The notes under the pieces were generated by a model. The model was not told the DNA's origin, did no database searches, and saw only the letters and a list, made by a program, of their open reading frames with translations. A stretch of DNA of 60,544 nucleotides, filler included, from Hausera hauseri (Eukaryota): assembly GCA_046269625.1 (NCBI GenBank). It is 10 parts of 10 records of this genome, joined end to end, with 100 filler letters (N's around TTAATTAATTAA, not from the genome) between each part and the next. Parts side by side here need not be neighbours in the genome. Positions count along the whole stretch, not along the records: positions 46,216 to 51,027 come from JBJURY010426808.1; positions 51,128 to 60,544 come from JBJURY010384368.1; 8 more parts are not named here. One strand, written 5' to 3'. Shown here piece by piece: positions 47,804 through 60,100 of this stretch. Position 1 is the first letter of the stretch. Every line of letters starts with the position of its first letter. The position numbers and the translations under genes are program-made.

Positions 47804-50530
47804 TCAGGTTTTATTATATTGTCTCTTCAACTGAATGCGAATTTGGACATCGACTGGAACAGTTAAACGGTTGGTACCGTTTCTGGATTGAAATATTGTG
47901 GCTAGATATGTGCCGATCGTCACATCGTCTTGGACATAGCCGTTTCCACTTACGATTCTCCTTGGGACAATGGAGACATAAAATAAGGCTTCCTTAATTT
48001 TACCTTTGCTATAATATTCAGCCATGACAAGCATTCTAGGGTATTCTTTAACTTGAACGAATTCTGTTACTATGATGGGGGCTGGTTCTTCCCAATTCTT
48101 TCTGAGAACATTCACTTCGGTTCTCGGGGTTTCATAACGAAAGACTTTACTTGTCTGCGCATGAGGTTCTTCGGTCTGTGGCCTTTTTGGTTTAGCCTTC
48201 GGACTTGTCATTCAATTGGTGGCTTTCTTCCACGCGGTTACCAGTGTTGTTGTCTCTTTTAGTTAATGTCCAAAAAGGGTAAATTTTGTATTGATAGATT
48301 TGCCTTTTTCTGCTCGGTTTTGGTGGTAATTTGGTTTACTTGTGCTTACATATCGATCAGAGGTTTGTGGTTTCATAAGGGAACTTCGTGGTTCCATCCA
48401 GTTTTGATTAATCGACGTTTTATCTTAAAATTTTCTACCCGAAGTTTTTGGTTGCAAGTAGTCCGACTCGAGGCCTGGTTTGAACTGTGATCTGCAGGCC
48501 ACTATGCCCTTGGGTTTCGATGCATCTTGGCGCTGGGCACTCACAAAATCCATTTCGGAATTTTTGCATCAATATTTTGGGATTGCTGTCGGACATTACA
48601 TTTTGTTCGGGTTCTCTGGGCTGCCACTCGTGTTCCCATCGTAAAAAACAGATGTCTCTTTCGTGTTTCGTCCTATGACTTGCTGATATTAGGTTCGGGA
48701 AACGGAAATGTTCGCCATTCATGGCTTCTAACATTATCTTTAATTGCGATTCTCGTAATGCTGAAGGAAGTAAACATCCTCTTTTCCTCATTAAGGTATT
48801 TTCCGTTCGACTTACCACGGTCGGATTGCGACTCAACTCACTGATTCCTGCTATATATTGTTGTCGGATTCCTAGTCTTTCTAGCATCTCATGTACTCTA
48901 AATCCGGTTATAATGAACCCATACAAGCAATGGCTTACGTATTCTTGAATTTCCAGGAAATCTTTGCCTTTTTCAAGTTGTAACTTTGTGGTTCCTGTAA
49001 CATCAGGGAAAGTATCTTTCACCTTAGTTCTAGGTGAAATAATTTTGTTGACAATTTCTTCTCCATTTACACTTCGGATAGAGATTTCGATTGGGGTGTA
49101 CCATTCATCGTCCTTCTCTCCATAATTTACGGCTAAAACCCGAATATTTCTGCCGTCTGGGACTAGTCTGAATGTCTCTCAATTCTGTTCTATTTCATCT
49201 TCTGAGAGCTTCTGTATATATCGTATTGGCGGTAGCGGTTTCATTACCTATGTTCGCAAGGTCAGTTCGAACATAAGCTTGGTCGGAAGTTCTGCGATTC
49301 TAAACCCCAGAGCGTATTCCATGAGAATAGAGAAACATAGCTCATATGTACTGAATTTCCATTGTTGCCCTCTTTGCATACTCCAAGGTTGTCCTATAAT
49401 TCTGCATTGTATTTCACCATCAGCGAAATGTATGTACATTTCCTGATGTGTTGGTTCATATGAGATCATGTCCTTCAATAGGTACACTCGTGCATCCTTC
49501 GAGTTTCTCATAGCATACAATCGGACTAGTCGGTTCTCCTCTAAATCCCATTTTAATCCATTTGGTATTCTGCTTTCTTGCTTAATCTCTACATAGGCCT
49601 TGTCTTTCAGGTTCTATCCAATCTGTCGATACAAGCTTTTAGATGTGGGTTTAAGGACTGTCACTGTTGTATGAAGCTATTGATTTCATATCTGGGACTG
49701 TGTACTTGGATCTTCGTCTTCTCGACCATACTTACTCTGTTGAAATACTAATAAAAGTTAATCCTAAGACAGATCATCGTTTCAAAACAAAACATTTTCT
49801 CTGCTTAATGATAGAATAACCCGATCTGTAATTATCAGGTTATGCTATCATAAAGTTCGTCTTGGCTTCATTTGTCTCGTTGCGTCGAGGCCTATTTACT
49901 CCGAATTCGGTGATTATGTAGGCTTGGGCTCCGGGCAGATTATAATAGAACATTTGAAATTTATATGATCGTCCGAAATCTAATTCACAACATTTTTGTT
50001 GGGCTCCATAAGGAAAATCGCACGTTCTCAACGCAGAGCTGACTTGATCTACAAATATTATTTGAAATCGCACGTTGTTTCTGACAAATTCGCTTGCCTT
50101 AAACAAGGGACATGACTTGCTCCAATCCATATCGTAGACTTTTAGCGACTGTAAATTTTGTATATCCTTCCGTCTTTCCGCATGTTGTTGTTCTTCTGTT
50201 GGGAAATATGACATCACTCCGTGGATGTCTTCTACTAAGTCCATTGTCCATTGAGTCTTTGCCTTCGGCATATATGAAGCAATTAGTGACAGTGCAAGAA
50301 TTATTTGAGCGTATGATATAGGTCGATTTACTATTGATGAAGTTTCCATTTCCTTTCTACTTCGCCTCAGGTTTTCATTGTTCGAGCGTAGGTTATAACG
50401 TTTATTTAGCCTTATTTCTGTTTTTACAACTATTTGTATTAATACAACTTCTTTGCCATTTTTGTTCATATAAACTGTGGTTGGTGTGGTTTTGACAACT
50501 TCATAAGGTCCTCTTCCATTGTTATTAAAC
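47804..50530 (-). pseudogene. Integrase C-terminus (GPY motif) running into a ~2.7-kb accessory coding region with an internal signal-peptide-like segment
   Basis: GPYEVVKTTPTTVYM..KRYNLRS, then IILALSLIASYMPKAKT; co-oriented ORF fragments 49840-50562, 49248-49520, 48435-49022, 47804-48211. Confidence 0.6.
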
Positions 50531-51127
50531 GAAAATCTACAAAAGACGAAAACTTTTCTCATACATAATTTTGCTCGAATATTTACTTGCGTTGTTATTT
50601 ACGTTCATAATGTAATTAACTAATGACAAAGCATCAACATTAAGTGATGAGACGCAGTGTGTGCTGCCTTGTGCAAAACTGTTTATCTCTATTAATGACA
50701 AACTGGTGTCATGATTTCTCGTTTGGATCTAATCACTCTCTTACAACAAGTCCGATTCCATCAGGAATCAGTTTGGAGCATCATTTAGGAGCTCATTCAT
50801 TCCTCTTTGGGATGTAGGTTTGTGTATTTGTACATTTAAATCAGTTACAAGTCTGAATGCACAAACTTTAAAATTTTGTTTTAATGTGTCCTCAGAATTG
50901 TTTACTTTCACAGGCGGGGCATTACGGCTGAAACTTTATCTGATGTTTCTTTGAGTTTATTTTGAATGTAATGGAGACATATATATATATACAGCCAACC
51001 AAAGCTTAAAAGTAGGTAGCTGTGCCCNNNNNNNNNNNNNNNNNNNNNNNNNNNNNNNNNNNNNNNNNNNNTTAATTAATTAANNNNNNNNNNNNNNNNN
51101 NNNNNNNNNNNNNNNNNNNNNNNNNNN

Positions 51128-51522
51128 TAGGGCTAGTAACTAAGTTTCAACGGAAACGTTGACTTGAACTACCTACACATCAATGGATGCAGAAAACTAC
51201 ACATAACTACATAATATAAAAATAAATATACTACAAAAGAGAGCGTTTTGGTAAGTCGATTTCATGATTTTCGGAGATCTGTAAAAAAAGAACCACTCTA
51301 ATATTCGAGACGGCAAGAGGGTATCTGGTGTTTTGTTATGATTAACTGTTGGAGATGTTGAACAATTAACAAAATAATATAGAGGCATCCTTTTTATTGA
51401 TTTATTTCAGTTTTCAAGGCAGGAAATCGGGACCTGCCTATACGTCCGTCGCGCCGGTAGCAGAAAACCCGGCCGTGCCCAACCGAATGGGCCGGAGGGC
51501 GACGATCGACGCGGGCACCACA
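51128..51522 (-). repeat. 3' LTR start of the contig-10 Gypsy element, with PPT GGGGGTGA at 51523-51530
   Basis: GGGGGTGA|TGTGGTGCCCG downstream of the integrase; distal limit uncertain. Confidence 0.7.
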
Positions 51523-54500
51523 TCACCCCCGTGGCAAAGTTGAAACTATAAAGAATAAAAGATAGAGAGAAAAAATAGCAAAACGAAAAGTGTGTGTGTT
51601 AACTGAGCTTAGTGTGAATAAGACGTTGAATACCTTCGACTCATTTTTCCCTACTATACTGGCTGAATGTGACTCTTCGTGTTGTGTGTTTATGCAATGT
51701 GTTTGTTTGCAGAGATTGGGGTCGAGGAAAAAATTGGAAGAATGTGGTGTAGGTATTGTGTTGTGCGAAGATGATTCAGAATAAAGAGAAGAAGACAAAG
51801 AAGGAAGAGGGATTGTTGAAGACGGATGGTTAAAGGTGTTGAGAAGAGTGTTAGAAGACGAAGGAGTGATGAAAGGTGTAGTGGCGGATAAAGAAAGAGG
51901 GGAAAAGTTTGGAGTGGAGATTGAAGTTGTGTTGAGTGAAAGAGTTGAAGAGGAAGATGAAACGGAGGTAGTGGTAGAGTTATGAAGAGTGGTAGGAATA
52001 GAAGTAGAAAGTGTAGAAAATGATGGAGCAGGACTAGGCTCAGCAGAGAAAGGTGGAAATTTTGTAGCAATAGATGTAGTGATAGCAGGGAGTGGAGGAG
52101 TAAGAAAAGAAGTTGACGTGTTGGTTAGTAATGTGTCGTCGACAAAGAAAGCGGGCTTTAAGTTGGTGATGTTTACTGTGAGGTCTTTTCCGTCTTTGGA
52201 GATGATGGCGTTATGCGAGTGTAGCTGTATCAGTTTGTAGGGCCCCAGGTACCGCGGCTGAAAAACCCAAGGCGCCCGATTCTTTAGCCATACGAATTTT
52301 GCTGTGTACAAATCTTCGGGTAAGTATGTTGTCTTTGTGAAGTATCCTGCAGAACGAATCTTTACTGACCTCGACGAAGTGATTTTGCGCCTCCAGTATC
52401 GTCTCATCTGTGGGAGTGTCGTCTAGGGCGGTTAGTTCGAATAATGATCGGACACGAGCTCCGAATAAGGCTTCAGTAGGTGAGCATCTTGTGGAAGTGG
52501 ACGGAGTGTTCCGCCAACCGAGCAGAACGAACGGAAGAAGATACGTCCAACTAGTGTTGGACTGTGCCAGAATTCTTAGTGACGTTTTCAATGTTCGGTG
52601 GAAACGTTCTAGAAGGCCATTCGATTGGAGATGATAAGGCGTAGTATGTATATGATGGATCCCCAATCGGTTAACAAGGGATTTGAACAGGTTCGGTTCA
52701 AACTGTGGACCCTGGTCCGTGATGATGAAACGAGATGATTCAAACCTGCTAATCCATGTGCGAATGAAAATGTCAGCTATGGTGTTAGTGTTTGTGCTCC
52801 GCACAGGGATGGCTTCTGGCCATGGCGAGGAACGGTCCATCATGGTGAGGATGAATTGATGTCCGTTGTCTGGAGGAAGAGATCCAACGATGTCGATATG
52901 CACGGACTCGAAACGCGATGTGCAGGGAAAGTAGAATAGTGGTGGCTTTAAATGCTTAGCTGTTTTGTGTTTTTGGCAAGCCACACACTCCTTAACCCAT
53001 GCCTGCACATCAGAGGCATTGACGGCCAAATTACTTGTCGATGTAGTAGACGAAAAGTGGCTTTAGCACCAGATTGGTATAGTGAATGCACGTTGTGGAA
53101 AGCTTGCCTTTTCAATGATGGTGCAAGAAGTATTACGGAATGGCCTGGTTTGGAGGTGTCTAAAGCCAAGCCGTCAACGACTGTGCAAGATTTGAAAGAA
53201 TTAAGCATATCCTGAGGTGGCTGGTTCTGTTAAAGCTGATCTTGCGTAAAAGTGGGCAAAAAACTAATCGAACTAACTGACCTAGATAAAAAATCAGCAA
53301 CCAAATTGTTAACGCCGTTAATGTTTAATATCGAAGTTAAATGTCCAAAAGTATGATATTTGTCGTTCTTGGCGTGTGGAAGGGTGTTTCATAGCCATGA
53401 TGTTAAGTAGGGGCTTGTGATCAGTTTGTAGAGTGAAATGACGATAGACAAGTAGGTGTGAGAAATGCTCTAAGGCGAGAACGGTGGTCAATAGTTCACG
53501 ATCGTACGTGGAATATCTGGTTTCAGGTGCTGTTAGCTTCCGAGAGAAAAATTCGAATGGTCGGTTTTCTCCCTTGTAGATCTGGTGGGGTACGGCGCCT
53601 ACTGCAGTGGTTGACGCGTCTGTAGTAATGATGAGTTCTGCATCAGGCTTGGGAAAAGATAGGATATCGACGGTTTTGATTCTTTCGCGTAGTTTGTCAA
53701 ATTTGTCAACCAATTGGCTGATGTATTTTGCCGCCGCTTAGGTGTGCGAATGGTGCTGTCAATTAGGAACAATATGGTACGTATTTATGTACAAAGTGTA
53801 GTGTACCAAGGAAGCTGCGCATTTCGGTGGTTGTATGTGGCAACTGGATGTTTTTAAGAGCTTCAACTCGGTCTGATTGGGGAGAATGACAGTCTGGTGT
53901 AATAACGTGGCTTAAAAGTTAATGCGCTTTTTGAAAATATGGCATTTGTCAAAATTGACTTAAAGATTATGGTGGTTAAGATGTTGGAATATTGCACGAA
54001 GGTGTTCCGCGTGTTGTTTGACCGAAGATGAAACGACTAGAATATCATCGATATAAAGGTGTGCAAACGGGAAATCGGAAATAATTGAATCGATGTGCCG
54101 CTGGAAGGTTTGTGCGGCATTCCGCAAACCCAATGGCATAAGTAGGTATTTATAGAGGCCAAAGAAAGTTTTTTCATGTCTTCGGGTGCTACCGGGATTT
54201 GATGGTATGCTTTAGCTAAATCAATGGTTGAATCGATGGTGGTTGAATTAAGACGATGCAAGATATCCTTAATGAGTATTAAAGAATACGCATCCATGAT
54301 AGTCAAGTTATTCAGCTGTCGATAGTAACCGCATGGTCTAAAGGTACCGTCCTTTTTTGTACAACGTGTAACGGTGATGACCAGGGAGATTTGGAACGGC
54401 GTACTATGCCGGAACTTTCTAGCTCAAGAAATTCGGCTTCTACGGCCTGTCTACGACGAGGTGACAGAGGCCGTACTTTTTGGCATATTGGACGTTGGTG

Positions 54501-56646
54501 CTGTGTGACTATGTGGTGTAAAGTACTGTTTGCGGGAGTAAAGGTACGGTCTTTTTTAAGTACGCGTGGTCATGTGTTGACGAACTGTTGTTAAGTTGTA
54601 GGTAACTGTAAGAGATTCGGTGAAAGTGGTGAAACGGCTTGAGTAGTAGCGGATGCAATGTGTGAGTTGTTTGGTGATGTGCAATCAAGTGGTATTTTGT
54701 TGTAAAATGGTTGAATTGAAAATGGTTTTGGATGAGGTATTGTTGTTGAATGAGTTAACGTTAATGGCAGTACCACAGTTATCGACATTGAACTTCAATA
54801 GAACATCAGTATTATTAATAAAAAATTTTCTAATGGAATTATTGTTATAAAAAATCGAATTATTCGCCGACATTTTTAAGATTGACTTCCGCATTCCGAT
54901 CGACTGCGCGGTAGTCAAAATGCTATTTACATGTCTAGAAATGTTGCCAGTGGTGCCGTTCTTCAAGCATCGTTGACTGAAGTCAACCAGTAAACTGTAG
55001 TGTGAGAGAAAGTCTGACCCTAGAATTGCCGTCTGGACGTTAGCGACTGTGAACGTCCAGTGGAAGAGTAAAGGAAAGTTTGGTAAGGTGAAAGACAGTT
55101 TAGCCGTGCCAGAAATGTGCAGCGGTTGGCCTGAAGCAGTGTATTAGGGATTAATTCTGAATTTAGAATTTTGTACGGGAAAGGTTTGTGGTAATAATGA
55201 AATCGCTGCACCTGTATCGATGAGAAAGTCAACGTATTGCGCTGTAGGAGCGGTGATTGCAACCTTTAAAGTGAAGACAGAAAAAGAAACGTGTCAGCGT
55301 TCAGAATGTGCAGTAGTGCCTTTGCCAGAGGTTGCCGTGAATTTAGTTTTTTTGAAAGGGTGAATTAGGACGACTATTAGAAAGAAAGGCAGTACGTCCG
55401 TCGTTTGTATTGGATTTGAAAGTGCAACCTGGAATACATTTACTAGCTTGATTTTTGAACCTTACATGCTAGATGCAAATAACGGTGTCCGAGGAAAAAT
55501 TCTTATTATAAAACTTGCATCCTAGGCAGCGCTTCTGAGCATTAGTGTTGAATCTGGTGGTAATAGCAGATCGACGCACGCGCAGGCGATGGTGAGCGGT
55601 TTCTAGACGCAGAACGAGCGCGGTCAGAGGCAAAACACCCTCGGCGGGACAGAAACAATGCGTTCAATTTATTATTGATGTTATTGATTGTTGCATGTAG
55701 TGCAATGTTTTCAGCACGTAGCTGATTAAGTTGTTGTTCTATGTATGTATTATCGTTAGCGGCAGCTGCTGCTGAAACAACTGGTGGAGAATTTACGTGT
55801 AGGACATCGTGTTTCCTATCGGCTAATTCGGCTAATTTCTCAAGCGGCGTAGTGTCATCCATCACGGTAAGTAGGGCCCGGATTTGGATAGGTAGCGCAT
55901 TAAGAAAATAGTGGCGCCATAGTTCTGGGTTGTACTCTTTAGTGACGCCGAGAATATGTAGGCGTGCTAAGGAGGTGCGTAAAAATTCTGATGGCCGTTG
56001 GGCGCCTATAACGTTGTCGTGGAAGAAACGCTGTATGATCGTGTCCAATGAAGGCTCTGTGATCTTTAGGACTGCGTTAGAAAGTTGGGAATATCGGTCT
56101 GGAAGTTCAAAGATTTTGATGATGTTATGGATGCGGGTTTTGATGTTGTTACGCAGTAAAAGAAGGTTCTGGGCTCTAGTTAAAGAGTCGATGTTATTTG
56201 CTTGCAGCCAAAATTGGTGAAATTGTAACCAAGTTTTGCTAGAGTCTTGATTGTCGATGAAAAACTCGGTGCAGTTGGGGAAAGGAGCTCAAGAGGTAAT
56301 GGCTGTGAGCTTGTTAGCAGATGTAGGAGTGGGTTTTTGGAGTTCTATAACAAGTATTGGTTTTGTGGCGGTTTTATCCGTGGTTCCAATAGTTGGTGAA
56401 GAGTTTATGCCACCACGGATACGGAGATGTATGTTGAGGCAAGTGTGGTATAAGAAAGAAGGTAGAGTTCCGTTGAGGAATATGATAACGTCATTATGGG
56501 TGAAATAAAAATCAGAAGAATTAAGTAGGGAAGAAATGGAGGTCCGAAGGGTGGGAATGTGTGGATGTGCTGTAGTGAGGGTGTAAATGTGTATTGTTGA
56601 AAAAAAAGAAAATAGAAGGGGAAAGAGTGGTGCGCCTGAGGGCGTG
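51523..56646 (-). mobile_element. Near full-length decayed Ty3/Gypsy retrotransposon without env (gag-PR-RT-RH-IN)
   Basis: Gag IGAQRPSEFLR..FLNALP..LAELAD..ICYYH; FLIDTGAAIS ~55200-55227; TIDLAKAYHQIPV; YIDDIL; TTDASTTAVGA..YSTYDRELL; HIDIVG..TDQGPQF..QSNGLLERFHR; YLGPYK. Confidence 0.93.
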
Positions 56647-57345
56647 ATGTGGGGCCGACTCCGAAGGTGCTGTCCGACCGACCGGCGCAGAGTTTGAGGC
56701 CGGGACTTCCGTCCCAGCGGGCGGGCACGAAAATGCAGGGTGGCCGAGTTTCTTCTCAAAGGTCCTTTGATTATTCTCGCAGTGAACTCAATGAATTTCT
56801 TTTCGGATTTTATCGAATACGGCGTTTTGAATCTCCGTCTGTGGGCACTAGCAACGCCACCTAAGACACCGAGCGACCGGGGACTTTGTAAAGTGTGTAC
56901 ACTTCGTATTTTGAACGAATCATCAGCTACTTCGCCTCCTTCGCATTTTTTGTTAGCGATCGAATTTTATCGGCAAGTTAACAGGAATTTTCAGCAGAAA
57001 TTCCGATTGTAAATAAAGGAGAATGATTTATAAATGTTTGAATTTCCCTTGTTGACCAGAAAGTGCACCATTACTATGCTTAGGCGAAATGGAAAATGCG
57101 AGAAAATATTCAGACGCAAAATATATCGAGGCATCATCCGAAATAATATCAATTTAAATTGCAATTGGGAAATAGACGTATCCGAATAAGGATTACACAG
57201 AATGAACAAGAGAATTCGATCGGATCGTGTTTGCGAATTGTCGACGACTTTCTGTTCCAGAAATCCAGCGAGACGCATCAAAAATAGGAACCTGATAAAG
57301 GCGTAATTTGTAGGGTAACTGATTGAAACTCAAACACCAATCGTC

Positions 57346-57894
57346 TTAGGAATGCTTTTTACTGAAAGTACGTGCCTGCAAAATACTTAGTAGTCTATTT
57401 GTTGCATTTAGTTTTAATTCCTCAACAATTTCTTGACATTTTCCGTTAGATTTGATGAAATCCTTAATTTTGTCCATTTGAGCATCAACGCGGCCAGATC
57501 TGTCACAGCAATTGCAAATGTAAATAAACAGGTGTTTTATGACAAAACTAGAATCTTCTAAAATGGTTGCTGGACAATCGTACGACATAACGTCGTTATT
57601 TGTTTTCTCAAAAATACGTTGCAAGTATTTCTTTGTTAAAACGTTCGCGGTGAAACTGTGCATCCAAAGAGGAAATCTACTATCGATAGAAAACCATAAA
57701 ATATTCTCTTCTATTTTCATAGAACACAAAAACACGTTTGCAACATTGGACAAGAAATAATGGTTGATTTTGTTAATGAGATGACTGTTGACGTCGATGT
57801 TGCCTAAAGCCTTATCATTAATTTGCCTTAGCAATTCAACAACGTGTGGATTGATGTAATGGCCAGCAGCCATTTCAACTGTTGTCCATGCCAC
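57346..57894 (-). CDS. Unidentified ORF downstream of the SMARCAD1-like fragment
   Basis: 182-aa open frame, no motif recognised. Confidence 0.3.
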   Translation of the reverse strand: MAWTTVEMAAGHYINPHVVELLRQINDKALGNIDVNSHLINKINHYFLSNVANVFLCSMKIEENILWFSIDSRFPLWMHSFTANVLTKKYLQRIFEKTNNDVMSYDCPATILEDSSFVIKHLFIYICNCCDRSGRVDAQMDKIKDFIKSNGKCQEIVEELKLNATNRLLSILQARTFSKKHS

Positions 57895-58030
57895 TGTGTA
57901 AAATTCTTCTTGTCAACTCTTGAATCGTTTCATGACTTTATCCAATCGACAATCGATCGAACAGACACATTCACCGCCGCACGTTGCAACGACATTAGTA
58001 GTCTCTGAGTATGGATTGTTTGGATTCGGC

Positions 58031-59135
58031 TCAAAGGCACGTCGCCAAACTTTCGTATTGCAAACGTGTGGATTGTTGTCTCTGGCGTGACATCGAATAA
58101 TATGGAGTGGATCGTAGTCCCGGTGTTCTACCGTTCACAAGCAAACCCTTGCTATTGGATACGGGTTTGAATATTTGACTGATAGGCAATGTGACTGGTA
58201 CACCGACTAACTTTGGTACAACTTTTTGTTGCTTGTCTTTTTCCTCTGTTCGCTTTTTCAGTAACTCATTGACAAATGATGCCTCGCTGTTAATATCGCT
58301 GTTATCTCTGTTGATCGTGATCTGCTCCAGTTTCAGTTTTTCAATGGCAATGTGAAGGATACATTCATCAATTGTTCCCTGAGATATGAGTTTCAACACT
58401 CGGACATCTCGTGTCTGGCCAAGCCTATGACTTCTGTCTTCAGCCTGTTTGTCATTATAAGGATTGTAATCAATGTCATATATGATGACAACATTTGCCG
58501 TAGATAGATTAATACCCATTCCACCGGCACGGGTAGTAAGTATAAAAATTCGTATGTCATTTTCCCTGTTATGAGTAACATGACAATCAACCATCAACCT
58601 TTATACTATTACTCGTTAAATCTATCAATAAAAGTTTGTCTGACTTCTGAATGGGTGCCACCGTCCAGTCTGAGAAATGCAAGGCCTCTATATTGTAGAA
58701 ACGCTTCCAAAACATCGAGAACCATCACAAATTGACTGAAAATGAGAATTTTGTCACCATTTTCAATCATTTTCGGTAGATTCTCATCGAGATAACGAAG
58801 CTTATTTGAATGCAACAGCATTTCATTTGGCAATTTATATTTTCCTATTGCATGCTGGTACGACATACAGTGGTGATGAATCTTGAAATCGCTCATGAGA
58901 GAGAAATCCTCAAAGATCAATTTCGGATCTGCCGTAATGTTATCGACATCGAGAAGCATATCCCGGGATATTTTTCTCAAGATATCATTGGTAAAATGAT
59001 TTCTTAGCAGTAATGTGTAATGGGAAATTTTTCTGAGCTCCATAATTCGCGCCATATCCAATTTGGAATCAGTTGATTCGGACTGGTAAGATTCGACTTT
59101 TGCCCTGTCAATAGTACTCTTGTACAGGATTGCTT
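58031..59135 (-). CDS. SMARCAD1: C-terminal helicase lobe of a SMARCAD1/Fun30-like SNF2 remodeller; no N-terminal ATPase lobe visible
   Basis: MELRK..H..LLRNHF, EDFSLMSDFKIH, LIFSQFVMVLDVLE, LRLDGGT, short intron ~58566-58612, IFILTTRAGGMGINL..AN, NPYNDKQAEDRSHRLGQTR. Confidence 0.8.
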
Positions 59136-59145
59136 GCTTGTAAAT

Positions 59146-60100
59146 TTAAGGTATACAAATGACTTGATTGAAGTATTGGCCATCGGCAGTTGTAGTTACC
59201 AGTATTCGGCTGTCCATATTCAATTCGTCAGCGGGTTGAGAAATAATTCCATAGTGATTAATTGGTTGTTTAGACGTTAGATCAGTTTTACTCGTTTTCC
59301 AATTTTGAGTTTTATCGAATCTACGATCATCCTGTATTTGGAATCCATACACACAATAGATTATTCTACCAACTACGACTAACAGTAAAATCAATGTTAC
59401 TGCCCCAATGTCCACGTATTTAAAATGGTTTTAAAATCGATTTTTGAATTTGGCGATAGAATTTTAATTAAAAACGTAGCATTGACTTTACCAACATTGG
59501 TCAAAACATACATTTCCAATTACCGTTATCGTTTTGATCGGCTCTTGTTATATGCAACCACGCCTTGAATTGAATACCCTGGGTTTGATCCAACGTTACT
59601 CGTTGCCAGTGTTTCTGAACAATCATACCGTTCTTTGACCACGTAATCGATCCATCGGGATTGGCATGGAACTCACAGATCATCGTCAAGTTGTCGCCTT
59701 TCTGGATTTCAATATCCCGATTGCTCGTGAAAATTTTCGGTATACATTTGAAGTCGGTGATTTTTATGGCATCATCTTCGATGTAGTTCGAAAACATCTT
59801 TTTCCCACTGACGCTAACTGGAGTATTACACCTTGGTTGGTATTCCACAACCCCAGCGGAAGCGCATTGAAACGGTTCTCGACTGTATTTGATGTCTGGA
59901 TTTCGTGAACAGGTTCTTAACCACCGCAGATTACAATTACAGGTCCAGGAATTGTTGTGAAGATAGAACACCTGGATCTGAATATCGGATAACGATGGTG
60001 AAAGACCTTCCGATAGAGTTGTCAAATGATTGAACGATAGACCTAAAACCCGTAATTCATTCAAACCATAAAATCCATTATCTTCAATATAAGTAGAGGG
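59146..60100 (-). CDS. LRR - LRRCT - Ig - TM receptor fragment (LIG/Kekkon-like)
   Basis: YIEDNGFYGLNELRVLGLSFNHLTTL, LHNNSWTCNCNLRWL, GDNLTMICEFHANP..ITWSKNG, DNGNWKC; TM IGAVTLILLLVVVG. Confidence 0.8.
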
